A DNA stretch of 53,185 bases from a virus (lineage: Duplodnaviria > Caudoviricetes): positions 1 to 53,185 of the IMG/VR virus record IMGVR_UViG_3300046740_000679. One strand, given 5' to 3'. The notes beneath the pieces were generated by a model. It was not told the DNA's origin, did no database searches, and worked only from the letters and a program-made list of their open reading frames with translations. Positions 41,800 through 50,112 of the stretch are shown here, in pieces (position 1 is the stretch's first letter; the number at the start of each line of letters is the position of its first letter). The translations under genes and the position numbers were made by a program.

Positions 41800-43272
41800 T
41801 CAGGCCAGCGCGGGGTTCTGGAAGCCGATGTTGATCGGGAGCGACTTGAGGTAGCCGTCCTTCACGAGACGGATGGTGATCGGGTCTACGCCCCCGTTCG
41901 AGATGAGGTTCGCCGTTCGACTGAGCGCGACGCTGCACGCGCTTGCATGGCCGGGCGTCACGATCTCGTCGCGAAGAAGAGCGTTGATGTTCTTCTCGAT
42001 GGCGATCGCGTCCTCCTCGGCGATGCCGCCCGGAATGGCCGGGAGCTTCACCGCCTTGCCGTTCACACGGACCTTCTTGCTCAGATAGAAGATCGCGGCC
42101 GTGTGCGCGACCTCGCACGCGCGGTCCATCACGCGACGGTACTGCACGAGGTCGTAGTCCCCGCCGCTCTGTTCCATCATGAGGCCGTTGGTGACCCAGA
42201 TGCCGATGAGGCCGACGAAGGTGCGGTGCGTCGTGTAGCGAACCGCGTTCAGAGCCGGCGTCACGGCTTCGTCGCGGCCGATGAGCCCCGTGCTTGGGCC
42301 GGTGCTGCCGAGCGGCCCGTCTTCGACCGCGGCGGGGTCCTGGCTGATCGGGATCGAGACGATCCGCGCCGCCGTCTTCCACGCCGTGCTTCGAAGCTTC
42401 TGCGTGCCGGTGAGCGGCGAGGTGACGTGCTCGACGTCCGCGCAGATCATGACGCGGTTGCCGACGAACGCCGCTTGCGCCGAGATGAGGTTCGCGTCGG
42501 TGTCCGGAGCGGCCTCCATCATGGCGAAGGCATACCGAACGCGCGCTTCGGCGCTCGACATGAGCGTTTGGAGAACGCCCGCCATCGTGATCGTGGCCGT
42601 GCCGGATGCGGCGCGCCCGACGAGGTGCAGGAAATTCCACCCGCGCGGATCGGCGAGGAGCGCGTTCACCGCGGCGAGCACGTCCGTCGAGGTGTAGGCC
42701 GGGCCGACGGACGACCAGGTGTAGTAGTCACCCGCGACGACGGTGGCGACCGGGCTGCTCACGGCATCGGCGATCGTGAACGTGAGCCCCGTGCCGGGGA
42801 TCGCGAACACCCCGCTCGTCGACAGCGCGAAGACCGGCGAGAACGTCTGCCCGTTGTCGAGGCTGTATTGGAACGTGGCCGTTCCGCCTGCGAGGAGCGT
42901 CGTGCCCGTCAGGAACTTGACGATCGCGTCGTAGCTCTCGAGCGGGTTGCCTGAGAGCACAAAGGTCGAGTTGACGGTGCCGTCGACGTGCCGGGTCACC
43001 GATCCGCGCGTGCCGGCGACGCTCGCGTTGATCGGGACGAGAATGACCGAGCCCGTGCCCGGCGTCGCCAGCGACACCGCGGCCGCTTCGACGGCTTCGC
43101 CCGAGAGGTGGGCCGCCTGCATCGTGGTCGGGTCGGTGTATTGGTAGAGCGTGTTCGCGGTGCCCGCGGTGCACACGCCGATCACGGCGTGCACGTCGGC
43201 GGTCGATACGGGGATGACGGCGCCCCCGCCGTTTTGGACGGTGAGCGGTGCGTTCGGGATTCCGGGCGGCAT
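41800..43272 (-). CDS. Tail sheath protein (DUF2586-like)
   Basis: 490 aa; ALNAVRYTTHRTFVG..GIWVTNG...GDY..VQYRRVMDRAC...INIGFQNPA. Confidence 0.88.
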   Translation of the reverse strand: MPPGIPNAPLTVQNGGGAVIPVSTADVHAVIGVCTAGTANTLYQYTDPTTMQAAHLSGEAVEAAAVSLATPGTGSVILVPINASVAGTRGSVTRHVDGTVNSTFVLSGNPLESYDAIVKFLTGTTLLAGGTATFQYSLDNGQTFSPVFALSTSGVFAIPGTGLTFTIADAVSSPVATVVAGDYYTWSSVGPAYTSTDVLAAVNALLADPRGWNFLHLVGRAASGTATITMAGVLQTLMSSAEARVRYAFAMMEAAPDTDANLISAQAAFVGNRVMICADVEHVTSPLTGTQKLRSTAWKTAARIVSIPISQDPAAVEDGPLGSTGPSTGLIGRDEAVTPALNAVRYTTHRTFVGLIGIWVTNGLMMEQSGGDYDLVQYRRVMDRACEVAHTAAIFYLSKKVRVNGKAVKLPAIPGGIAEEDAIAIEKNINALLRDEIVTPGHASACSVALSRTANLISNGGVDPITIRLVKDGYLKSLPINIGFQNPALA

Positions 43273-43598
43273 CAGCGCATCTCCACGTTCTGCGCAGCGT
43301 TGATCGCCGCGTCGTAGGCCTGTTCGGTGAGCTCACGTCCGATCGCCCAAGCGCCCGCGGCGCGCGCCGCGTTCACCCAAACGAGGGGGGTCTTCTTCGC
43401 CTTCGCCCACGCCTCAAACGGCTGGTGTCCGTCGGCGACTTGGGGGGAGACCTTCGGCGCGATCGCGCTCGGCGTCGCGGGCGCGGTCGGCGCTTCATCG
43501 GGTGCATGCTCCGCGGGCGCGACCTCGGCGGGGGGATCGTGATGGACGGACGTCTCCGTCGACGCCGTCTCCGGCGCCTCTGCGTTCGTGTCGGTCAT
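43272..43598 (-). CDS. Small pre-sheath protein
   Basis: Acidic N-terminus; FEAWAK...GRELTEQAYDAAI. Confidence 0.65.
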   Translation of the reverse strand: MTDTNAEAPETASTETSVHHDPPAEVAPAEHAPDEAPTAPATPSAIAPKVSPQVADGHQPFEAWAKAKKTPLVWVNAARAAGAWAIGRELTEQAYDAAINAAQNVEMR

Positions 43599-43600
43599 GG

Positions 43601-44110
43601 TCAGTCGTCTCCGGGGGCTTGCATCTCGCCCGGGTCGGGCGGGGAGGACGTGTCGAACGGAAGGGCCGTGAGCGTGGCGGTGTCCTGCTCGTCGTCGGTG
43701 ATCGCGAGCTTGAACGTGACGACGAAGATGTATGTCCAGCCGCGCGAGGCGGTGTCGCCCTCGTCGCGCGTGTTCTGGTGCAACTCGAACTGGCGCCCAC
43801 TGGATCGATAGATGGCGGCGATGACGAGATGACCGAGCGCTTCGGCGATCGAGTCGCGGCCGATCTCGTCGCCCTCGGCCCAGCAATGCACCTCAAAGCC
43901 GGCGACGTCGGTGCGGAGCGGGCGCGGGTTGTCGCCGTCAATGCACTCGGCGGGCCCGAACGATCCCGTCGACGGCACCCACGTCACGCGCGGCGGCTTG
44001 CCGTGCTTCGCGAGCTCGTGCTTGCCGTAGCCGAAGGTCACCTCGGGGAGGTGCCGCCGAATGTCGTCCTCGACGCACGCGAGCAGGGCTTGAGCGCCGG
44101 TGAGAGCCAC
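43601..44110 (-). CDS. Tail terminator / completion protein
   Basis: PPRVTWVP...FEVHCWA; position. Confidence 0.65.
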   Translation of the reverse strand: MALTGAQALLACVEDDIRRHLPEVTFGYGKHELAKHGKPPRVTWVPSTGSFGPAECIDGDNPRPLRTDVAGFEVHCWAEGDEIGRDSIAEALGHLVIAAIYRSSGRQFELHQNTRDEGDTASRGWTYIFVVTFKLAITDDEQDTATLTALPFDTSSPPDPGEMQAPGDD

Positions 44111-44111
44111 G

Positions 44112-44834
44112 TTAGCGCTTCAGGATGCGAAGGAGCGTCGCGCTCCCCGCGGCAACGAAGGCCTTCGACCAGATCGGGCCGAGCGTCCCCTTCGGCAAGA
44201 AGGGGCGCGGCGGGATCTCCATGTGGATGCCCCGCGCGGTGAAGTTTAGACGGCGAAAACCGATCGCGGCGATCGGCTTCGTGGCTTGGCGGATGGTGCT
44301 CGCCGAGACCGCGCGCCGGTGGATGTCGCCGATGTGCTCGGAGATCTTCTTCGCGGACCAGCCTTGCTCCGAGCGCGCGAAGATGAGGTCGATGACGTGC
44401 TGCTCGACGCCCGCCTTGCGAAGTTTCGCGGCGGGATCGACGACGACCGATGCCTTCTTGCGCGAGAGGAACCGGCCTTTCTTGCCGATCGCCATGTTCG
44501 TGCTGCGCGCCTTGCGGTGGTACGTGCCGTCGTAGCCGTTCTGATGCACGGACGCGTAGCGCACGTTCGAGCCGATGCGGAACGACGTGGGCGTGACGTC
44601 CTGGATCGCGATGCTCGAGCGGAGGCGGCCGGTGTCGAGGAGCGGCTTGCCGCTGCGATGTTTGAGCGGCAGCCACGTGTTGCCGTAGGGATCTCGGCTC
44701 TCGCGGAAGCACATGAGCGACTGCGCGACGGCCTCGTTCGCGATCGCTCTGCCGAGCCGCAATTGCGCATTGCCGCGCGCGAACTCGTTCACGGTCGCGA
44801 TCATCTTTTCGAATTCCGGAAAGTCGCCGGGCAT
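44112..44834 (-). CDS. Virion morphogenesis protein (Mu gpG / P2 gpS-like) with an HTH-like insertion
   Basis: DPYGNTWLPL...PLLDTGRLRSSI...GSNVRYASVHQNG...IPPRPFLP. Confidence 0.85.
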   Translation of the reverse strand: MPGDFPEFEKMIATVNEFARGNAQLRLGRAIANEAVAQSLMCFRESRDPYGNTWLPLKHRSGKPLLDTGRLRSSIAIQDVTPTSFRIGSNVRYASVHQNGYDGTYHRKARSTNMAIGKKGRFLSRKKASVVVDPAAKLRKAGVEQHVIDLIFARSEQGWSAKKISEHIGDIHRRAVSASTIRQATKPIAAIGFRRLNFTARGIHMEIPPRPFLPKGTLGPIWSKAFVAAGSATLLRILKR

Positions 44835-45568
44835 CAGCGATTCCACCCGCGAGGAGCATCCGAATAGATCTGGGCACCGCCGTCGTCTTCGTCGGGGGTC
44901 GAATCGATGGCGCCGAAGTACTCCGCGTCGCCGTCGGCGACCGCGCGCGCGTTCTTCCGCGCGTCGTTGTGGTTATCGCGAATGGCCTTGTCGCCGTCGC
45001 TCTCGGGGTTCACGCCGATCGTCTTGGAGAGGATCATCCACGCCGCGATCGAGCACGTGTCGTTACGGAGGTCGTCGCCCCACGACGCGAGCGGCAGCCC
45101 ATAGTGGTTCTGGATGATGCCGCTGATGACGTCCGTTGCGAGGCGGAGGAAGCGATCCTGCACTTCGCGGCTCGCAACATCGAGCACGGCGTTCGGAATA
45201 CCGAAGCGTCCGAGATCGTCCGGCGTCGCGTAGACGAGGACCGCGGTGCCGGTGACCGCGAAGGTGACCGACGGCGTGCCCGTTCCGGTGATCGTCCAGC
45301 GCACGCGCAGGTAGCGATCGGCGCCTGGGAATACGCCCTTGATGACGCCGATCGCGGAGCTCGGCAGGAACCCCTGCTCGAGTGGCCGCCACACGACTTG
45401 GTCGGCGGAGGTCTCGACGTCGATCGCGAGCGACGCGCCCGAGGAGATCGCCGTGACAACGACGGAGAGATCCGCCGTCGTCATCTGCACCAGGTCGACC
45501 GACGCCCCGACGTCCGTGCCCGTGCGGGCAGCGGATGCGAGCGGGGCGATCGGCGACGTGGTCGGCAT
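44834..45568 (-). CDS. Head-tail adaptor (Mu gp36/DUF1320-like) fused to an N-terminal beta domain
   Basis: C-terminal half YATPDDL...ATDVISG..Y.LPL..W..DL...C.IAAW; N-terminal half paralogous to 46248-46598. Confidence 0.75.
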   Translation of the reverse strand: MPTTSPIAPLASAARTGTDVGASVDLVQMTTADLSVVVTAISSGASLAIDVETSADQVVWRPLEQGFLPSSAIGVIKGVFPGADRYLRVRWTITGTGTPSVTFAVTGTAVLVYATPDDLGRFGIPNAVLDVASREVQDRFLRLATDVISGIIQNHYGLPLASWGDDLRNDTCSIAAWMILSKTIGVNPESDGDKAIRDNHNDARKNARAVADGDAEYFGAIDSTPDEDDGGAQIYSDAPRGWNR

Positions 45569-45571
45569 CGG

Positions 45572-46210
45572 TCAGACGCCCGGGTTCGTGAGGACGTCGG
45601 CGATGAGGTGCGCGAAGCCCGCGCCGGCGGTGAACGCCGACGTGATCCGGTCGAAGCGCACCGTGTTGCCGGCGACGAGGATGACGCCCGCGGCCGTCTT
45701 CGCGCCGATGGTGCCGGGGATGATGCCGGCCACGAGCGTGGCCGCGACGTCGCCGCCCGCGCCGCCGAGGAGGTCGCCTTTGGTGTTGTAGGCGGCGTTC
45801 GAGCTCGAGAGGCCGATGGCGCTCGACGAGCCGCCGGTGAAGCCGGTCGCGACCTCCCAGTAGCCGCGGCGCACATGGAGTCGGCACCCGGTCGGAACCG
45901 TGTAGAGCACGGCGGCATCGGCCGTCCCGAATGCGATCGGGAACGTGAGGTCGACGCCATCGTCGATGTTGAGCCACTGGCCAGGCCCGGTGCCGGGCGT
46001 GACAATGAGCTGCGAGGCGGCATCGGTGGCCGTCGCCGCCGTGCTGAAGATCCACTTCGAGCCGTCGACGAGAACGACAATGTCGCCGTCGACGCGCTCC
46101 GTCGGATCGATCGCCGCGAGCGCGGTCTTTGAGGCGAGTGTGTCGGAGGTCGGCGTCCAAACGCCATTGACCATCGTGCCTTGGCGGTGCCCAAACGGAG
46201 TGCGTCGCAT
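45572..46210 (-). CDS. Head-associated structural protein (decoration or head fibre)
   Basis: Beta-rich; shares a module with the tail fibre paralogues. Confidence 0.6.
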   Translation of the reverse strand: MRRTPFGHRQGTMVNGVWTPTSDTLASKTALAAIDPTERVDGDIVVLVDGSKWIFSTAATATDAASQLIVTPGTGPGQWLNIDDGVDLTFPIAFGTADAAVLYTVPTGCRLHVRRGYWEVATGFTGGSSSAIGLSSSNAAYNTKGDLLGGAGGDVAATLVAGIIPGTIGAKTAAGVILVAGNTVRFDRITSAFTAGAGFAHLIADVLTNPGV

Positions 46211-46247
46211 AGTCGTGTCTCCTATCGAATGGTGAGAGAGGTCCCGA

Positions 46248-46598
46248 TCAGACGGCCTCGCCGTCGACGGAGAACGTGAACGGCCCGGTGCCGATGGTGC
46301 AGACCGCCCGAATGAAGCGGTCGATGCCGGTGAACGACTTGCGCTCGCTGGTCACGCCGGTCGCCTGGGTGAAGGCCGCGACGGCGCGCCACGTCGAGTT
46401 GTCGGCCGACGTCTGAATCGCGACGTCGAGCGTGCCGGTGCCCGCCGTGACGGCGAGTGTCAGACGCGCCGTGCCGCGATCGCCGAGCTCGATCGCGGCC
46501 GTGGTGAAGGTGGCCGCTTTCGCCGCCGGCGGGACCAGCCCGCAGGCGAGGGTGTTTGCGAAGCGCCCATTCGCGGTGTTGTAGCCGTTCCCTTGCAT
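46248..46598 (-). CDS. Beta-sandwich virion protein
   Basis: LDVAIQTSADNSTW...DRFIRAV. Confidence 0.65.
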   Translation of the reverse strand: MQGNGYNTANGRFANTLACGLVPPAAKAATFTTAAIELGDRGTARLTLAVTAGTGTLDVAIQTSADNSTWRAVAAFTQATGVTSERKSFTGIDRFIRAVCTIGTGPFTFSVDGEAV

Positions 46599-46611
46599 GA
46601 TCGTGATCCTT

Positions 46612-46890
46612 CTATGGGAGTGCGGCGAGTGCCTTCAGCACCGTCGTCGCTTCTTTGATGTTCAGGCTCGCGAAGTTCATGAGCTCCGCGACGTCGGCGC
46701 CGTCGAGGTCTTCGCGCGTCGTGTAGCGGGCCGCCGCGAGCTTCGCGAGGAAGGGGAACGCCACGGGGAGAGGGGTGCCGGCGACGCCGTCCTGCTTGGA
46801 CCGGTACGCCGCCGCGAGCCCCTCGTACTGCATCAGGTAAAGCTGCTGCGACTTGCGGAGGTAGTAGCGGCGGACGGTTTTGACCGGCAT
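46612..46890 (-). CDS. Hypothetical head-region protein (HhH-like C-terminus)
   Basis: LAAARYTTREDLDGADVAELMNFASL. Confidence 0.6.
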   Translation of the reverse strand: MPVKTVRRYYLRKSQQLYLMQYEGLAAAYRSKQDGVAGTPLPVAFPFLAKLAAARYTTREDLDGADVAELMNFASLNIKEATTVLKALAALP

Positions 46891-46894
46891 GCGG

Positions 46895-47059
46895 TCACCG
46901 CCCCTTCCGCTTCTCCTGCGCTTGCGGCGACGCCGGCGCCGTCGGCGCGGCCTTGTCGTCCTCGACGAGGAGCGCCGCGGCGGCCTTCTCGGCAGCCGCA
47001 GCCTCGACCGCCTTCTTCGCCTTGAGGCGCCGGCGGTTCTCGTTGAATGCGCCGAGCAT
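46895..47059 (-). CDS. Small Ala/Lys-rich protein following the capsid gene (54 aa)
   Basis: Hand-translated MLGAFNENRRRLKAKKAVEAAAAEK; TGATG coupling. Confidence 0.55.
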   Translation of the reverse strand: MLGAFNENRRRLKAKKAVEAAAAEKAAAALLVEDDKAAPTAPASPQAQEKRKGR

Positions 47060-47940
47060 CAGCCGTCCGTCACGATGTCAACGACACCGGGCCGGGTCGC
47101 GCCGGGCGTGCGTGCGTAGCGGTGGGCCACCCAATACAGGTGGAGCGCCATCACTTCGCTGTCGGTGAGGATGTCCTTGTCGGTGTCGACGGTGGGCTCC
47201 TTCGAGTACCAGAACGCGAGGGCGCCCTTTTTGACGACCTTCGAGTGGAACTTCCCGTTCCCGTCGATCGTGTTCCGATCGGAGACGCTCACCGGGATGC
47301 CGTTGAAGCGCGCGAGCGCACCGATGTCGTCCTGCGGCAGAATGAGAAGCGGACGCCCCGTGGTGTCCTTCAGCTTCAGCATGTTCTTGAAGACGGTCGA
47401 GTGCACCGAGAGCAGCGCGATGTCTTGCTGCTCATCGGCCCACTTCATCCGCGAGTCGACGAGGACGTCGTAGGTCAGGTTGTTCGTGCCGCCGGAGACG
47501 TCGTTGATCTGCGACGAGGGCAGGCTCGCCGTCGCCGCGTCGATCAGCGCCTGGTCTGCGCGGCGCATCACGGCGATCATGAGCTGACGCGCGAACTCCT
47601 TGTACGGATCGGCGTACTGGGCCGCGAGCTGCGCCCAGTCGCTGATCTCGACGGCCTTGCCCGAGTGCTTGACCGTATTGGTCTCGGACGTCATCGAGAG
47701 CGTCGCCGGCGTGAGCGCGTCGGTTTCGCCGCCGACGTCGTCGAGCTCGCCGATGGTCCCGAAGTACGGGATCTTGATGGTGTCGCCGCCCTTGATCTTC
47801 CCTCCAGCGGGGCCGGAGTTGGGCATCGTCGGGCTGACGATGGCCGCGCCCGTGCCCCAAAGGCAGATCTGCCCGGCGTACTGGCCTTGGATCGCTTCGG
47901 TCAGGATCTCGGGAATGACGAGGTTTGAACGCGTGAGCAT
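47059..47940 (-). CDS. Major capsid protein (HK97 fold)
   Basis: T.SNLVIPEI...GDTIKIPYF..IG...GKAVEISD.A...DP..E.ARQL. Confidence 0.9.
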   Translation of the reverse strand: MLTRSNLVIPEILTEAIQGQYAGQICLWGTGAAIVSPTMPNSGPAGGKIKGGDTIKIPYFGTIGELDDVGGETDALTPATLSMTSETNTVKHSGKAVEISDWAQLAAQYADPYKEFARQLMIAVMRRADQALIDAATASLPSSQINDVSGGTNNLTYDVLVDSRMKWADEQQDIALLSVHSTVFKNMLKLKDTTGRPLLILPQDDIGALARFNGIPVSVSDRNTIDGNGKFHSKVVKKGALAFWYSKEPTVDTDKDILTDSEVMALHLYWVAHRYARTPGATRPGVVDIVTDG

Positions 47941-48020
47941 GGACGTGTCCCTTTCGGCCGGTCTCTCTCAGGCCATCGACGTTGCGGTTGTGGGCGCGGG
48001 AGCCGCGGCCCTGTTTCTGC

Positions 48021-49181
48021 TCAGCGTTTCGGCTGCGCGTATTTCATGGCGGGCTTGCCGCGTTTTTCCCAGTCGGCCTTGAGCGTCGCGTACATCGCGG
48101 GGTTCTCGACGTTCAGGTTGTGCTTCTCGGCCGGCTCCATCTCCTCCCAAGCCTTCGTGCCTTCGGGGCGCTGCTCGAGGGGCTTGTTCGGCCCGGCCTC
48201 GAATGCGGAGACTGTCGGTGCGCTCTCGATCCAGCTTGCGAGCGTGTCCAACGACTCCTTGAAGGTCTCGGTACCGTCAGCGCTCTTCGTCGTCGCGCGC
48301 GCCCACGCCTCGAGCGCGGGGGTCATCTTGTTGAGCTTGTAGCCCTTTGCGATCAGTGCATCACGATCGCGCTTCTCGCCTTCGATCTTCACGGCCGCGA
48401 GACTCTTCTGCGCGATGCCGAGTTGCTTGAGTGCTTCGACGCCCGACTTGATGAGGCCGAACGCTTCGTCGGCGCTCTTCGCGCCCGTGGCTTCGAGCAC
48501 GCGGAGCTCGAGAGCTTTCGAGCCGCTTTGAATGGCAGTGATCGCGGCGAGGATATCGGCCTCCGACGCATCCGCTTTGAGACCGAGCAAAAGAGCGAGA
48601 GCCTTCATCACATTCTCCAGGTCAGCCGCCGTCGTCGACAGCGGGGATTTCACGAACGCCTTCAGCGCATCGAGCGCCTTGGCCCGGTCCTCGACGGTGA
48701 CCGCGTTGGGATTGCAGGGGACGGGACACACGCTGATCTCGAGCAGCTCGTTCCCGCGGAGCACGTAGACGTCTTGGCCGTTCCGCGTTTCGACGCTGCC
48801 CTGCTTCGGGCGGAAGCCGACCGACACGGCGCGCAGGCTCCCCTGGCTGAAGCCCTGGAAGCACATCTCGGCCATCGGGTTCGCCTTCTCGTCGACGAAG
48901 TTGATCGTCGCGACGAGCTTGCCCTCTTCGATCGCCACGTTCGTGGCGAAGCCGACGGGCAGCGTGTCCTCGGGCTCGCCGCCGAACATGCCGACGATGT
49001 TGTGGAAGTAGAGAACGACGGGGTTCTTCGTGAACCGCCGCAGATCCCAATCTTGGACGAGCACCTCGCCTTCGAGGTCGACGTCGTCGGTGCTCGCGAT
49101 CACGTCGAACGAGCGCGTGCCGCCACCTACGGCAGCCTTCACGCTCGAGAGGCCGAAGAGCCGGCGAATGGTTTCGTTCAC
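48021..49181 (-). CDS. Prohead protease (HK97-family S78) fused to a scaffold domain
   Basis: IASTDDVD..GE...NPVVLYFHN...LRAVSVGF...LLEISVCPVPCNPNA; then MKALALLLGL scaffold; GTG 49181 coupled. Confidence 0.88.
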   Translation of the reverse strand: MNETIRRLFGLSSVKAAVGGGTRSFDVIASTDDVDLEGEVLVQDWDLRRFTKNPVVLYFHNIVGMFGGEPEDTLPVGFATNVAIEEGKLVATINFVDEKANPMAEMCFQGFSQGSLRAVSVGFRPKQGSVETRNGQDVYVLRGNELLEISVCPVPCNPNAVTVEDRAKALDALKAFVKSPLSTTAADLENVMKALALLLGLKADASEADILAAITAIQSGSKALELRVLEATGAKSADEAFGLIKSGVEALKQLGIAQKSLAAVKIEGEKRDRDALIAKGYKLNKMTPALEAWARATTKSADGTETFKESLDTLASWIESAPTVSAFEAGPNKPLEQRPEGTKAWEEMEPAEKHNLNVENPAMYATLKADWEKRGKPAMKYAQPKR

Positions 49182-49861
49182 GGTTGCTTCTCCTTGAAGG
49201 ACGACCAAAGCGGCGCCGGATAGTCGGAGCGCGGGGCCTTCCAATCGTCCTCACCCGGCGGCGCGCCGAAGCCGTCGTCGGCCTCGATCGTCGGGGGCTT
49301 CTTCGCGACGCCGTGCTTGTCGGCTTGCTCGCCGGTCAGCGTGATGAAGTGACTGCGGCAGTTGAAGTGCAGCGGCGGAAGGTGCGACTTCCACCAGGCA
49401 TCGTCGGCGGGGCGCACCGTGCCGTCGCACTTCTCGCAGATCTCGCTCGTGCGGTCGTCCTCGATCGCGTCGAACATCCAGTAAGGGCGATCGGCGATCG
49501 TGTCCTCGTCGGTCGCCTGCTTGTAGCGGCCGGCGGTGTATGCACTCTGCACGTTCGTGCGGAAGATCGTCTCGATGCGCGCAGCGGGATTCTCGACGGT
49601 GCCCTCCCACGCGCTCGTGAGTGACTCGGTGACGCGCGCCTTGAAGTCTTCGAGGTCCTCGCCGTCTTTGAGGGCCGTGCCGATCGCATCCCAAACCTGC
49701 GTGACAAGATCGAGCTGCGCGACGGCGGAGACGTAGAACGCGCGATCGGCAAGGGCCGCGGTGAGCTCTTCGACTTGCGCGCGGGTGAGCACAAGCCGAT
49801 CGGCGAACCACGTAATCGCGTCCTCGGCGTCGACGGGATCGAAGCTGACGTCCCAAGCCAT
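49178..49861 (-). CDS. Minor head protein (Mu gpF / SPP1 gp7-like)
   Basis: RIETIFRTNVQSAYTAGR...D.RT..IC...DG...PPLHFNCRS. Confidence 0.9.
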   Translation of the reverse strand: MAWDVSFDPVDAEDAITWFADRLVLTRAQVEELTAALADRAFYVSAVAQLDLVTQVWDAIGTALKDGEDLEDFKARVTESLTSAWEGTVENPAARIETIFRTNVQSAYTAGRYKQATDEDTIADRPYWMFDAIEDDRTSEICEKCDGTVRPADDAWWKSHLPPLHFNCRSHFITLTGEQADKHGVAKKPPTIEADDGFGAPPGEDDWKAPRSDYPAPLWSSFKEKQP

Positions 49862-49864
49862 CGG

Positions 49865-50095
49865 TCAGCGTGCGCCAGCGGCGAGCCTCGACAGCTTACG
49901 CTCCATGCCGATCGCGAGTTGGTGGCGCGCCCATCCCTCTTCGCACTCTGCCCGCAGCTCGATCGCGACGGTGCATGAGTGCCCGCGCACCGTCGCGTTC
50001 GCGACGAGACACGGATGTCCGCCGACCTCTTGCTGCGCGATCGTCAGGTCGGGAGCTATCGCGCGGCAACGCGCTTCTGCGGTGTCGTCGGACAT
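49865..50095 (-). CDS. Small hypothetical protein
   Basis: 76 aa with RBS, between the portal and gpF genes. Confidence 0.5.
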   Translation of the reverse strand: MSDDTAEARCRAIAPDLTIAQQEVGGHPCLVANATVRGHSCTVAIELRAECEEGWARHQLAIGMERKLSRLAAGAR

Positions 50096-50112
50096 GCTTC
50101 ACCCCGTTCTGC

